Below, in pieces: positions 12,959 to 28,010 of a stretch of DNA of 64,000 bases. The translations under genes were made by a program, and so were the position numbers. This DNA is from the human T2T-CHM13v2.0 reference genome, Homo sapiens, in NCBI RefSeq assembly GCF_009914755.1, contig NC_060931.1; one strand, given 5' to 3'. Within the stretch, counting starts at the first letter, position 1, and every line of letters starts with the position of its first letter. The notes under the pieces were generated by a model. It was given only the letters and a program-made list of their open reading frames with translations. It was not told the DNA's origin and made no database searches.

Positions 12959-14909
12959 GTGAGTGTCGGGGGTGGGGGCCGCGGGTCTCCAGCAGCCCCT
13001 GCCCTGTGCGGACCGCCGCCCCGAGGGTCCCTGCTTGCGGGTCCGGGGCTGGGCGTGCCTGGCTCCCCCTTGCCCCCTGCTCCACCGGCAGGATTCAAGG
13101 GACGAGAGCTCTGGGCTGCGGAGAGTTGCCCTGGCTGGCCCCGTCCTGCAGCAAAGGGCGGGCGGCGCGAGTGGAGTGTGCGGGGCAGGCTGGGCGGCAG
13201 AGGGAGCCCAGGGGAGCCCATGGCATGGCACCGCCAGTGTGGGCTTATGAGGAGGTGCAGGCCGGGACCTCAGGCTGTGGGCAGGACCGCAGGCAGCGGC
13301 TGGCAGGCTCCAGGCAGGCTCTGGAGGACCCGGGATTTAGGTATTTATGCAGTGAGAAGGCAGGGGTTTGGGTGTTCTTTCTCCCCTCTTCCTCCTTGGA
13401 ATTCAATTTCTTCGAAGGGCAGGGGGCAGGCCGGGAGGGAGGGACAGAGAAAGAGGCCGCGAGCCACAAATGCCGCCCCCCATCTGTTCAGTAGGGCTCA
13501 CTTCCTGAGGCAGGGGTCCCTAGCACAGGGTCTGGGGAAGGCAAGGTGGGGGGTATAGGCTACCCAGATAAGGAGGGACTTGCTAGGTAGTGGCCCTGGG
13601 TCTTGAGGGGCTGGTTCCATCCCGATTGGTCCCCTGGTGCCTGGAGGGCTGTGGAGGGTCCCAGGCCTAGAGTTGGGGGCTGAGTGGGAGGACGGGCCTC
13701 ACAACCTGGGATTTCTTTCCAGCTTCTGGGTCTGGATCTGGGCCTCCAGTCCCCAGCTGTGAAGCAGGAAGGGAGGGAGGGAGCCTTTCTGAGACCCTCC
13801 AGCCTCTACCCTGCAGGAAGAGGTGGATGTAACCTTGAGCATAACCTTGAGCAAGTCTTCCCAGCTTTTTAGGCCTCCACTTCCTCACCTGTAAAAGGAG
13901 CTGATGGGGGTAGACCATGTCGAATGTTACTTCTGGCTGAAACATTTTTTGTTGTGTTTTGTTTTAATTTGTGCAGAGTTGGACCTACTCTCTCATGGTG
14001 CAAATTTATTTCATTTCAGTTTCCGAGGCCAGGCATAGAATCCCTGTATATTCCCAGGGACAGTGACGCCTTATGCAGAGGATGGGCAACATAGAAAATA
14101 ACCCTACCTGGGGGCACAGACAACTTATTCTTTAAAATGACCAAATGAAGCTAAATTGAAACAAAATTTTTTTTAAGTGAAATGAAACCAGTGATGCTGA
14201 GACTGAGTTGGCAGGCTGGGGAGGAAGACCTGGAAGCGTGTGTGGGCTCTCTGGGGAGTGCTCCTGGCTGGGTGCGGTCTCGGGTGGCCAGGCTGGGCAG
14301 AGGCGTTTCAGGATTTGATGGGAATCTTTGGCCTTGAGCTGTCTCCCCTACCTGCAAAGGCCAAGGCCTTCCCTCCACTGGCTGAAGTTGGTTGGGCTCT
14401 GCCCATCCATCCGAGCCTGCAAATTACTCACGGGGGGCTGCTAGTGCTGCCTGTGCAGGCTGGGGCCAGATGGGAACACTTTGTGGGGGCTGGCCAGCCT
14501 GGGACAGCAAGCAGCTGCTAGATTATTCCAACCCCTTTCTGTGTTCTTCACACCAGCAGGGGCTGGGGAGGCCGAGAGCCACAGCACAGCTTCAGAGAGG
14601 CCCCTTGGAGGTGTTCACAAACCCCCTGCTTCCCAGGAGGGGCACCCAGGTGTAGTTCCAGCCTAGCCTCTTTTCCCACGCCCGCCTTCTCTGGGGGGTG
14701 TCTCTGGGGGGTGTCTGGTCTGCGGAGCAGGGTCCAGACTTGCTTGTCTCCACGCTTCTCAACGCCTCCCCTCCACTGCCTCCTGCCTGGCTTCTCAGCA
14801 GCGGTGGGTGCTGGAGGTGGACTGGGTCATCTCCCCAGCCTCCCCAGCCTCCCCAGTCCTGCTCACCTGTTGGGGAATCACTGCCTGATTGTCACTTTAC
14901 CCCTCTGCA

Positions 14910-15140
14910 TCAGCTTCCCGGCATTGCCTTAGCGAAGTGCCACAAACCGGGGGGCCTACACAACAGGAATGTGTTCCCCCACAGGACCGGAGTCCAAAGT
15001 CCAGGCGTGGGCAGGGCCCTTCCCACCCTGTTGGCCTCTGCTGTCTCCAGGAATGCTTGCTCCCTGGGCTCAGAGGTGCAGCATCCCAAAGCCACCTCTG
15101 CCTTCCCCATGTGGCTCTCACATGGTGCGCGTCTGCCCTT
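14910..15140 (-). mobile_element. MLT1-family (MaLR) LTR fragment
   Basis: '...gccacaaaccggggggcctacacaacaggaatgtgttcccc...gtccaaagtccaggcgtgggcagggc' resembles the MLT1 antisense consensus. Confidence 0.6.
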
Positions 15141-15689
15141 CCCATCCCGGCTCCTGAAGGAGAGCACTTGGAGAAAAGTGGGGATGCTCTATTGCTGCTC
15201 TCCCCACTGCTTGGTGTACCCCTGACGCCCTCCTGGGCCCTCACACCCTGGAGCACCCTGTCCCTGCACCCGCCCTGAACCAGAATCCAGGTCCAGCCAG
15301 GGCTGCAGCACAGCAGCACCAACGACGGGCGCATGGGGACAATAGCTGGAGGAGATTTGGGGCTCAGAAGAGAGGGGCTCCGGGGAACCCTCAATTGCTC
15401 ATTTTGGCAGCATCTCCACTGGGTCTACATGCCAGGCAGCACACAGAGAGGACTTCAGGTTGTGTCCCCTGACTCGGAGTGGAGAAGGGGCAGGTGCTGG
15501 ACCTGCAAACCTCAGACCCCACGCCTGGCTCCTGCTCTGTCTACGGTGTTTGGGAATTCACTTGGCCTCCAGGAATCGGCTTTCTCCTCTGTGAGATGGG
15601 AAGGCCATTTGGTATCCTAAGTACCCAATGGGCTGAAGATCAAACAAGATACAGGGTACGTGAGTTCTAAGAGCAAGGCTGAGTGTCAC

Positions 15690-16451
15690 TGTTGGGGGCG
15701 GGGGTCCTTGCTCCCAGAGCTCCCAAGATGGTGGCGGGTGGCTTCCAAGATGGCAGCAAGCCTCTTGCTCTCTGACCTGGGGTTCTTGGCTTCACGGATT
15801 CCAAGGAATGAACCCTTGGGCCATGTGGTGAGTGTCATAGCTCTATTAGAAGCCGTGGGTCACAGAAGAGAACCGTGGAACCCAGCGACTAGTGTTCAGC
15901 TCGATTAGGATGAACCCGGGCACTTAGCCGTGCAGGAACAATGGTGAGCCTTTAGCCCGATCGGGAGCGGCAATGGGCGCCTCGCTGGATCAGAAGCGCA
16001 GTGGACACCCTGCTGGATCCGGAGGGATGGAAGTCGGCGGCGGGTCTGCGACGGCGGCAAACAGCAGTGGTGGACGGCGAGTGAAAGCTCAGCTCCAGCC
16101 ATAACAAACACGGACCAGAAGAGTGGGCAGTTGCAAGATTTAATAGAGTGAAAACAGAGCTCCCATACAAACGGAGGAGACCCAAAGAGGGTAGCCATTG
16201 CCGGCTCGAATGCCTGGGTTTATATCCGGATCACTGTCCCTCCCGCTGTGCTCTCAGGCAATAGATGATTGGCTATTTCTTTACCTCCTGCTTTTGCCTA
16301 ATTAGCATTTTGGTGAGCTCTCTTTACTACCTGATTGGTCGGGTGTGAGCTAAGTTGCAAGCCCCGTGTTTAGCGGTGGATGTGGTCACCTTCCCAGCTA
16401 GGCTTAGGGATTCTTAGTCAGCCTGGGAAATCCAGCTAGTTCTGTCTCTCA
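15690..16451 (-). mobile_element. Solo LTR17 (HERV-W LTR)
   Basis: The reverse complement begins TGAGAGACAGAACTAGCTGGATTTCC...GACTAAGAATCCCTAAGCCTAGCTGGGAAGGTGACC and ends ...GGAGCAAGGACCCCC...AACA; ~760 bp; near-TSD TCAC/CCAC. Confidence 0.92.
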
Positions 16452-19400
16452 CCACCTGGGAGCTTTGGCTCTTTGGGTGGTTCTAAACAGCATCAAGGTT
16501 GAGACCAATGTTATCTTTGGGGTCTCCACCCCCTGAAAACTGCCCCTACTTGCTAGTTCCTGCCAGGAAGACCCAGGTGATCAGCTTCCCTCAAAGCCCA
16601 GGGCAGAAGCACTCTGGTGGCCCCAGGTGCCTAGAGACAGGCAGAAGGGAGACACCCATGAGTCACTCCTCCACTTCTTCCAGAGACCATGCCATTTTTT
16701 TCTTGTTTGTTTTTTGAAAGTGTCAAAAAGCCATGAGCACAAAGGCTCCCCTCTGCGCTGTGACTCCGGGAATCTGGAATAGAAACAGAAGCTCTCATCC
16801 CCAGGGACACCTTTCCTGGCACTGCTCCCCAGCCTCCTCCCAGCTCCAGGCTGAGAAGGGCGTCCCTCCTCCGTGTCCCTGCAGCAGCCAGCACCGAGGT
16901 CTGCCTCCACCCTAGCCACAGTGTGCTGCCATGTTGTGTTTCTGGGCCTGTCCCCAATGTCAAATCCTAGAGGCTAGGCCTCTTGTCTCTGTATCTCCAG
17001 GACAACAGGGTGTTTCACAGGCCTGCAGGCAGCAGGTGCTTAACAAATGGGTGTGAATGCAACCCTGGTCACCTCTCTGTCCATGGGGATGAGGAAGCTC
17101 TCCCCTTTGCCTGGAAGTTGTATTCCAAAAAGACATGACATAGGGTAGCATTGAATCAAAGCATCCTTCCCACCCTCAACTCCATAGACAGGGACAAGAA
17201 GAGAAGTCTTGTTGCAATGAGGAAGGAAGAGATGTAGGTTAAAATCCAGACAAGTTACCACTAACCCAGAACATTTAGGATTCCAGCTGTCATGTGCGGG
17301 GATCCAGATGCTGCCATCAGAGGGGTGGTGCTGCAGACGGAAAGCAGCTAGAACAACTGGCTGCGAGCCCCTCCCTCTGCAGCCCTGGGAGATGACTTCG
17401 GAAAGCCATCTCAATCCCTCAATCCCAAACCGCAGAGTGATGCCTCAGGCTGTGGGTAATTTCCCAAGGCCACGATCTCAGATAGGACCCCTTCGCCTCC
17501 CAAAGAGTTTGCTGGGCTTTCCCCAGTCTTGGGCGGACTTGGATGAGTGATCTTCCCTCCCTGCTAGAACCTTTGTGCTTGCAGTTCACATGAACTTGAG
17601 CGTGGATCTAATCATAGGGATGCAGGCCCGCAGCTGTGCAGACACAGATGCTGCATGAATGCATGCCTGCAGAAATGACGGATGCCATAATTCAAACGCT
17701 GAGGCGGCAGGCACAGGGGCCGGGTGTGTGTGCACACTTCCTACGTGCAACGAACTCCTTCGGTCCTCAGGACACATCTGTGAGGGTGGCCTGAGATCAC
17801 CCCCATTTTGCAGATGAGGAAACAGATGTGTGGAGGGCCTGGGACGCACCAGGCCAGTGTCTGCCGGAGCTTGGGCTGTGCTGTGGGGGTGAGGGGCAAT
17901 CGTGGGCCAAAGCCAAGGCCTTGCTCCTGGGGAATCCACTTAGCTTGACTGCTCGGTGGCCACCTCCGCCCATCACCACCCAGGGGAATAAACACTGCAG
18001 GTCATGTGGGGCGGGGGCAGTCTGCACGCTGGGGGTAGATCCACGCAGATTCCGTGCCTCCCGCAGAGGGGCTGAGGGTAGCACTTGGGTGGCTGTGCCA
18101 GGAGGAGCCCAGCCCAGGGAGAGGGTGTGTGCAGCTGGAGTCCTGGCTGCCAAGATCTAGGCAGTGGGGGCTTGGGCAGAGCCAGGTCTCATCACGGCAT
18201 CTCTCAGGCAGGCCTTGTCCTCTCATCTGCAGAATAGGGCTACTAAAACCTCCCGTATGGGGTTGTTGAGATGAACCAATTGGGGAAAATGGAAAGTACT
18301 TTGAAAAGTTTGAAGCTGTATACAATAGCCATCTGTTGTCCTCAAAGTGAGTGGTCCTTGGGGGCAGGCTTGCTACAAAGTAAACAACCTGGGGCAAAAG
18401 GTTTTAGTTGTTTAGACAAGAACACACTGCCTTTCATCAGTGTGGGAAAGAACTGGATCGGGAATTAGACCACGTGGGCTTCAGCCTGTCAAAAGGTGTT
18501 TTCAAGTAGCTTATTTTAAGGGCCCTTTTATAATAGCTCATTAGCTCAAAATGTTTGACATTTTATATCTGAAGATGGGGCGAACAGGTGCCTTCATCAG
18601 GTGGGAATTCTGGGGGTGCTGTTGTGGCTAAGGGTGGTCCCTTTGATTGTCATTCATGTTCTGTCTTTCCTTCAGTCCCCTTGTGTCTAAAAACAATGCA
18701 TTCTTATTGGGACTGCAATTTTGGTCATAGAAAAGCCTTTTGGTCTCAGGTTCCTGGGGCCGTGTGGCCACTGGATGAAAAAGCATTAGGTGGAGTTTAT
18801 CTAAACTATAAAATAGATTAAGATTAAAAAAAAAAAGAATAGGCCAACCTTAGTCAAGGGGAGAATTAAGATAAAAAAAAGAAAGCATAGGCATCTCCAG
18901 GGTATGCCCACTCTATGGCCCTAGGAACAAAAAGCAGACACTCCTCCAATCCCATCAGTTTCCAGAAGAAGAAACTGAAGTCCTCAGTGGTCCAATGAGT
19001 TACCTGATAGCTGTTTACTCTCCCACTCTTACTGATTTCATCAATCCACAGGTTTGTACTAATGAGTCATACCTGCAAATTTTTCAGTCCAGTTAGGAAG
19101 ACAAAGCCACTGACAAGAAGCACCAAGGGGAGGGCAAGGGCTCAGTGTCACGGAGAGTGTGCCAGGTGGTAGGAGTTCCTGGAAGGGAGGGAAGCTCCGC
19201 AGAGGTTGAGCCTTTCCGAGGGCTCGGAGGAGGGCAGGGGTTGACCAGAGAAGGCCTCCTCTGCACCTGTGCCCCATCCTTCTAGTCTGGGCCTGCTGGG
19301 CTTTCCCTTGCAGGACTGGTGGCTTTCACAGTGAAGACTGTAGAAGGTGTGTGCACTCCCCCGGCCCCTGTGGTCGTCCCAGCTCAGTGACAGCATCCCT

Positions 19401-20588
19401 CCTGTGATCTCTGTCAGCCCCAGGAACTGCAGCGTTGCCCCCCACCAGACGATTGGCTGCTGCCCTCAGTGGCTCCCGGAAGCCAAAGGCAGTCTGCAGC
19501 CGGCCTCAGTGAGCCTTCGGGGGTCCTCTAGTAACCGGGTTCCTGAGCTCTTCCTGTGTGCAGACTGTGCTGTGTTCATTGCTGCCCAGCAGCGGGGCAG
19601 GTGGGGCAGGTGGGCCAGGGTTGCTGTAGCTTCCTCCCTTCCCAGAGAAGGGGAAGAACAAAGCCTCAGGAAGGAAATGAGCTGCTCAAGGTCATGGGTG
19701 GCAGTGAGGCGAGCCCCTGGAACCTGAGGCCATGCCACGTCCTCTGGGGTCAGATGGGAGCGGGTAGGGAGGGGCAGGCAGCCCTGACCCAAACCTTGGA
19801 AAGTGTGTCTCTTGTGTGCTGTGAAGAAGCGTAGTTCCCCATTTTACAGTGGAGAGGACAGATCATTTGTGAGGGGGTCACCAGGTGGCAGGGCATGGAG
19901 CCAGAATTTAAATCCAGGTTTCCTGATGCCAAAGCTGGCCAATCCTCAACTTCTATGCTGAAGTCAACCTTCAGGCCAGGTTGGTGCTGCCCTGGCTAAG
20001 AGGCACTGGCCATGGAGCCTCTTCTCCTCCTAGACACAAGCCAGATCCTCCATACGTAGAGGGGCTCCCAGAGCACGACAGGCATGGGTGCCACATCCCA
20101 GCAAGGCAGCCCCAGGTGGACGCGCTGGGGTTGGGGGGGTGGGGCTTGCTTCCCAGGAACATGGACCAGGTACAAGCGTCCAAGCTGGGAGGATGCTTGG
20201 AGAGCAGCTGCCTAGTGGGAGAAGATCAGGAAAGATGCCCCTGAAAGGAATTCGGAGTCAGGGCCCATCTGTCCCCTGGAACCACACAGTATGCACCACC
20301 AACTCTGGAAAGATTCAGGTGAAATGCTCAATTTCTGCCTTCTTTAGAGGACTGGGCTGTATGAATGGTCATATATTAAGTGGGAGGTGGCAGTGACGGG
20401 CTGGCACAGATGAAGCTGTCACTGCTTACATCAGCTGCTGAAATTATGTGCTCTTTGAACTAAGCAAGGGAGAGCCAAACTCTCTCATTTATCTCTGTGA
20501 AGTCCTCCGGTCATGTTTATACCATGAAATAGGACGGGAAGTCTGAGCAGAAGCACCTTGGCCTAAAGCTTAGGAATCCGCTTGTTGA

Positions 20589-21126
<538 letters not shown>

Positions 21127-21210
21127 TAAATTGCGTATGTTTGAGTGGGGAAAAAATCATTAAGTAAAAAAATTCACAGTATAGTATTTCTTGGTAAATA
21201 CCACAAAAAG

Positions 21211-21505
21211 GCACTTTGGGAGGCTGAGGCAGGTGGATCTCTTGAGTCTAGAAGTTTGAGACCAGCACAGACAACATAGCAAAACCCCGTCTCTCCAAAA
21301 AATACAAAAATTTGTGGTGTGGTGTGGTGGCGTGTGCCTGTAGTCACAACTACAAGGGAGGCTGAGGTGGGGGGATCACCTGAGCCTGGCAGGTCAAGGG
21401 TGCAGCGAGCCCTGATCACACCACTGCACTCCAGCTTGGGTAACAGAACAAGATCCTGTCCCAAAACAACAACAACAAAAAAAAAAAAAAAAAAAAAAGA
21501 AGAAA
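21211..21505 (+). mobile_element. 5'-truncated AluJ-type SINE
   Basis: Starts 'gcactttgggaggctgaggcagg', has a diverged right arm and a (CAA)n plus long poly-A tail. Confidence 0.88.
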
Positions 21506-24299
21506 AGCATAATGCATTTATCTCCCAATTTCATTAAAATATGAGCGTGACACCCTGTGTACAAGGGTTGTATACTAACCTAATGCTGGCATGGCTGAGA
21601 GTTCACAGTTCACGTAACTGAGCTCAAAATCCTACCGTCTTGAAAGGGTCCGTGCCTGCTGGAGTCTAAGATGTCGGAGAGCTGGTTTCAATATGCACAG
21701 GCTGGGAGGCAGGATTAATAATGCATCCTCCTTCACAACCACAGGTTCTACAGCTGTGGATAATATTGCAGAGAAAGCGTAGCCAGTGCAGTCCCTGAAG
21801 CCAACATGTGAACGGCCTGGAGTCAAACGTTTAAGGAGCCTAAGCTCGAAATGGCGATGAGTTCAGAAAATGTGCAGTCATTCAATATCCAAATGCTTCT
21901 TTCCTTTTCTATGTTCGTATTAGACCTCGTGATAAATTGAGGGAGTTAAAGCAGTCCGTTTATTTTAGGTGGGCCCAGCCCAGTTATGAACATGTTGAGA
22001 CCTAGGAGGCCAAGAGGACCCACCTAAAACCCTCCCCCATTAAGGGCTGATGTGGTACCCCTGCAAACCCACTCCCTCGGGGCAGGAGATGCCTTCTCTG
22101 CAGAGTCCTGCTTCTGAAATCTGTGCAGTGTGTCCAGGTGAGTGAAGATCAGGACACCGTGAGGGAGAGCTGGGGGTACCCAGAGCTCTGCACAGGGGTG
22201 GGGAGGATGGCCAGAGCGGTCCCAGGTTGGAGATACGTGAGGAGAGCCGTGAGCCTCCTTGCTGCCCAGGGCCCCGTGTCCAGCCCACCTGCAGGGAACA
22301 GACCTCAGCCTCGCTTCCCCCTGTGGGGCCCATGTCCATGAGGGTTTGACCCTATAGACAGAATACTCTCAGATTGCAGCTTTCAAAAGTCAGCGCACTT
22401 TCTAAAGGGCTCCCCAAATGGGAAATTAGAGTACTGTGTAATTCTGTAAGGTTTCTGGAATTTCCATCCTAAGCATTGGAAAAAAGGGTAAAAATCCAAA
22501 AAGTCAAAAGAAAAGAGCCATTTACCATTGCTCAGAAGAAACAGTATAAAATATGTGCATTTGTTTTTCATGGAAAGTATGAAAAACCAGTTATGTGTTG
22601 CTTTAGGAATTGGGCTGGGCTTTGAAAGATGGAAAAGACAATTTAAAATTCAATTTTAAATTAGTGATGCTTTCTCTGGAATCTCCATTTTGTACCAATA
22701 GCCCTAGCAGCACGAGATCAAATTTTCCTCAGATATCAACCAAATGGCTTTCCTCGGAAGCTCAGGGGCGACCCACAGAGCGAGGGAGGGCCTTCTCCTG
22801 CCACCTCACCAGCGCAGTCAGAACTGATGTTTCTATCAGATGCCAGGCGTTTTGCTGCTGTCTTTGGTGACAACGATGGAAATGCCATTTTGCACAGACC
22901 GGGTTTGAAAGACCTTTTCCAGACTTGCTTTGGGAAAAGCACGGTTTTGCACTGAGATGGGTGATCTTTAGATGATACCTGGAAGGAATCCCTGGGGATT
23001 CTTTGCGGTGTGGCTCTGCCTGCGGACAGATGTCCCAGGAGCCATTGAAAGGTGGCCGGCCATTTCTCATTTCCCCCCATGATGGACTTTGCCCGGCGTT
23101 CCATAACGGCGCAGGCTTACCCACCGGGCCAACTTCAACCTTTCTACCCAAAGCACCAACACTGAGCCTGTGTCTGGTCTTTGTGTGAAACACTTTCTTC
23201 CTAAGTAATCCTAGGGAGGAGGAGAACCCGGGACCAGGAGAGAGGTGCTGAGAAGCAGGCCCGGCTTCCCACCTGCCTGCAGGGCCTCTGCATGCTGGGG
23301 ACTCGGGTGACTGGGTACGCAGGTGCCTCCCGCCATCCTTGCTTGGCGGTGCTCACTAGGCAGGTTTCTTTCTGAAGGTGTCTTCTGGGAACAATAGCGT
23401 GGGGTTTTTTTCTTCACATGGCTGGGAATGGCATTGTCTGGAAGAGGAGGACTAGGGCAGGTTCCAGGGGCAGGCGTTACCCTGAGCAAACACTATTTTC
23501 TGCTGTGAGTATTTTGGCTCCAGTGAATCAGTGTGTGAATGCTCAGCAGTCCCACATCAGAAAGCCAGCAGCTGCAGAGCACTCATCCACAGGCGCGGAC
23601 AAAGAGGCTGCGATCTCATCCACTTTGCAGAGGACGGTGAAATGGTGACTTACCCCAACCTGCATCTCTTCCTGTTCTCCAGGCCCATTGTTCCTCCAGC
23701 CACGTTTCTGAATTTACAATATTTAATTGCAGCTTCACGAAAAAATAATCCCTGCTTAAGGATGTTCTAACAATGGCATGCCAGGGAGCCGGCTCATAAT
23801 CACACAAGGTAGTGAGTGGCCTTGTGTGACTGCTGAGCAGAGGGCCTGGGCAACCTCTGAGGGTTCCTCCTGCCCCAGGGACCAGCAGGACAGATAAAAA
23901 CCCTCTCGGAAGGGATTTGCACTCACAAATGTGAAATCATGTGGGTTAGCCCTGGGGACAGCTGCTGCCACCCTCGGCTTCATCCAGAGTTCTGTGACTT
24001 TCAGCCACCATGGACCAGCCAGGCATATCAGAACTTAGTAGTCACTCACCACATGAGGTCTGCAGTGAGTCACCTGGGCTCATCATCAAATACAGGACAA
24101 GAGGAGGAAACAGACCTGCCACCTAACCCTTCCAATGTGTCACCCCTCTACCCCATCCCTGCCATGTGAAGGGAAAAGAGTCAGTAATAATGTTGGGTGG
24201 GAGTGTTGGGCTGTGGTTGAGAGTTCTTATTTATTAATACTTCATTCTTAAACTTTCTTAGAAACAGGGAACTTACCCTATAAAGGGAACCAGCAATTT

Positions 24300-24618
<319 letters not shown>

Positions 24619-24621
24619 AAA

Positions 24622-24924
<303 letters not shown>

Positions 24925-26706
24925 TAAGAGAGTCAAGTTCAGGAGGAGTTGGCCTGCTGGAGATGAATGTGCATGGGCTTTGGAGTCAGCAAAGCCAAGC
25001 TGGAATCCTGCCGCTGCACAGCAGTGAGATGTTAGCAACGGATTTAATTTTCCTGAGCTTCCATTTCTTTTATCTGTAAAATATGGTTAAACATGAAGTG
25101 ATGTTGTATTAAATGAGATCCTGGGTCTGAAGCCTTAACAAAATGGCGACACACTAACACACTCGGTGCCACCATGCCGCCACCATGACCCCATGGCATC
25201 ACTTTTGTACGGAGCTTCAGTGCTGGGCTCCCACTCACAGAGCAGTTTGTGGAGCACCTGCTCCATGGTGGTGGAAGCAGGGAGACATGGCACTCATGGT
25301 TTTGCCATAGAGAAGCTTACAGGTCCCATAGCCGTGAAGGCAAGGAGGCACGAGGTTGTCTGGCCAATGCTGGCTCCAGGCGTGACCCGAGTGTGGTGCT
25401 GAGGAATGGGACAGCTCCATGGAGGAGCTGCCTCTCAGGGGGTGGTCAACAGGGAGTTTGGGCCTGGGGGTACCAGTAAGGCAGGAAAGGACATTTTGGC
25501 AAACTTCAAAGCACAGGGCCATGGCAAGAACAGCCATGTTCCTGGAGCTTCTGGGGGTCCGAGGTGTGCAGGTGCATGCGAGATGAGGCTCAGGGCAGCA
25601 TGTGAGGCTTCTATCCTGTAGGGAAGGGGAACCGGGGCTGGGGGTGGGGGGGCGGGTTGTGATCAGAGAATGACACTGCCATCTTTTTGTTTCAGGAGAA
25701 CAATATTGCCAAGAATATCTGGATGGATGGAGGTGGCCGGCAAATCGTCAGAAGCAACTCAGACAGTCCAGAGGAGGATGGTGCAGAGCCAGAGGAGGCA
25801 CAGGGAGGCGGCAGGCAGATCTGAGAGGCATCACCAAGGCAGCGCTAAGGAAGGAGGGTAGGGACAGTGACTGCCTCGGGCTGCTGCAGCTCAGGAGGCC
25901 GAATGATGCCCTTCACCAAGCAACACACGATTATAGGTTTAATTGTTTTCAAAAGACTTCGCCCTGCTCTGTAGGATTGGCGGCTCGATTGGCATTCTGC
26001 CTGCTTCACAGATGTGCCAGCCGAGGCTTGGACAAATGCAGTAATTTGCCTGTGATCTTGTAGCTAGCAAGGGCTGAAACCAGAACTAGGGCCTCTGCTC
26101 CAAACTGAGCGCTGTTTTGACTGTTCCACAGCTACTTCCCAGGACCCCACAGAACAGCCAATGCAGGGAACTGTGCCCCCATCCGCTTCCTTTGGGACTG
26201 CCTTCCTCTGTCCCCTTGGTGCTCAGGGCCCTACGTTTTGCCTCTGTTGGGGCCGGCTGCTGACTGGCACTGCCTGGTGCCCTCCTGGCTCCTCCCACAG
26301 TTTCCCAGACCCCCGAGGTCCCAGCACTCACACTGCGGGGCCGACAAACAGCAGGTGTCCTTGCGTCTGACTAAAATGACATCCACTTAGTGTGGTGACA
26401 TTGGTTATTCTGGGTTGCCCAGATGCTTAACTCGTTGTTGAATGTGAGAACTGGGGAGAACTAATTTCTTCTTAATTCATGTCCTCTTTGTTAGTGGAAC
26501 AATTTCATTTCAAAATGAAAACACACTTGGGAGAAATTTTTAAAAAGGGATTCTAGTAGTGAAGAGATGGAGAACAGCTGTTCAGGAATCTTTATTCCTT
26601 TCCACTCTGCCCCAGCTCCCTGGATCCTACCCCAGCACCCCAGGCCATTTAATCACTCTGTTCCCTGCCCTTTCTGAGCTCTTCCTTCCTTAATTGCTCA
26701 TAACTA

Positions 26707-27201
<495 letters not shown>

Positions 27202-28010
27202 TCAATAAATGCATGACTGGATCTCACCTGAGGAGGGAAGAGTGAAGCGAAGGGCGATGAATTGGAATCACCCTGGCGGCCTATTTAAACCAGACAACCT
27301 CAATCTGTACTTAAACACATTGGCACCCACAGGGGGAGCTGACTGAAGGCTGCAACGTGAGTAGCAATACAGCGGTGACGGCCACCGATTATGAAATAGG
27401 ACACAGGGATACAGCGGAAACACTCCCCGTGGATAGGGCAGGTGGTGAGAGGCTCTTCTCAGAGTCACATTCTGCTGGAGCTGGCTCCTGGCTCACACGA
27501 GCCGGCCGTGCACATCTCTGCAGCGCCTGGTTCAGACTCTTCTCTTCTGAGGCTGGAAGTTGGCCTTGGTGGGGGCAGCTCGTGGGGTGCCCCAGAGCCG
27601 GTTAGTGACCGTGGCCCCGCACAGCCTGCTTGGTCTCCTGCTGTGTTATCAGGGAATGGGTTCTTGAGCAGCAATTGTGCCCCCGTGGCAAAGGGAAGCG
27701 AACACAGACTTAGAGGGTTTGCTTTTTAAACACTTGAGGTCTCACAAGGCCTTAGTCCAGATGTAAGCAGAAAACCTGGGTCTCCATGGCCTCAGACCAG
27801 CCAGCTCCCAAGCCCAAACCTCACCTTTAACATGGCACAGAATCTTACAAAACTCTTCCCAAGATATCAGTAATAATAGGTCATGTTGATGTGGCTCTTA
27901 AGATGGGCCAAGCTCTAGTGCAAAGAACTTTCTATGCATTAATGATTTAATCCTTTCAAAAACCCTATTGGGTGGGTAACAGTGTTTCCCTCCAAGTTGA
28001 GGAAACCGAG

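Larger units (their letters stand above)
12080..13330. promoter_or_regulatory. CpG island, probable promoter of a + strand non-coding transcript
   Basis: High CpG density; internal alternating purine/pyrimidine tract; consensus donor GCG|GTGAGT at 12958/12959. Confidence 0.8.
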
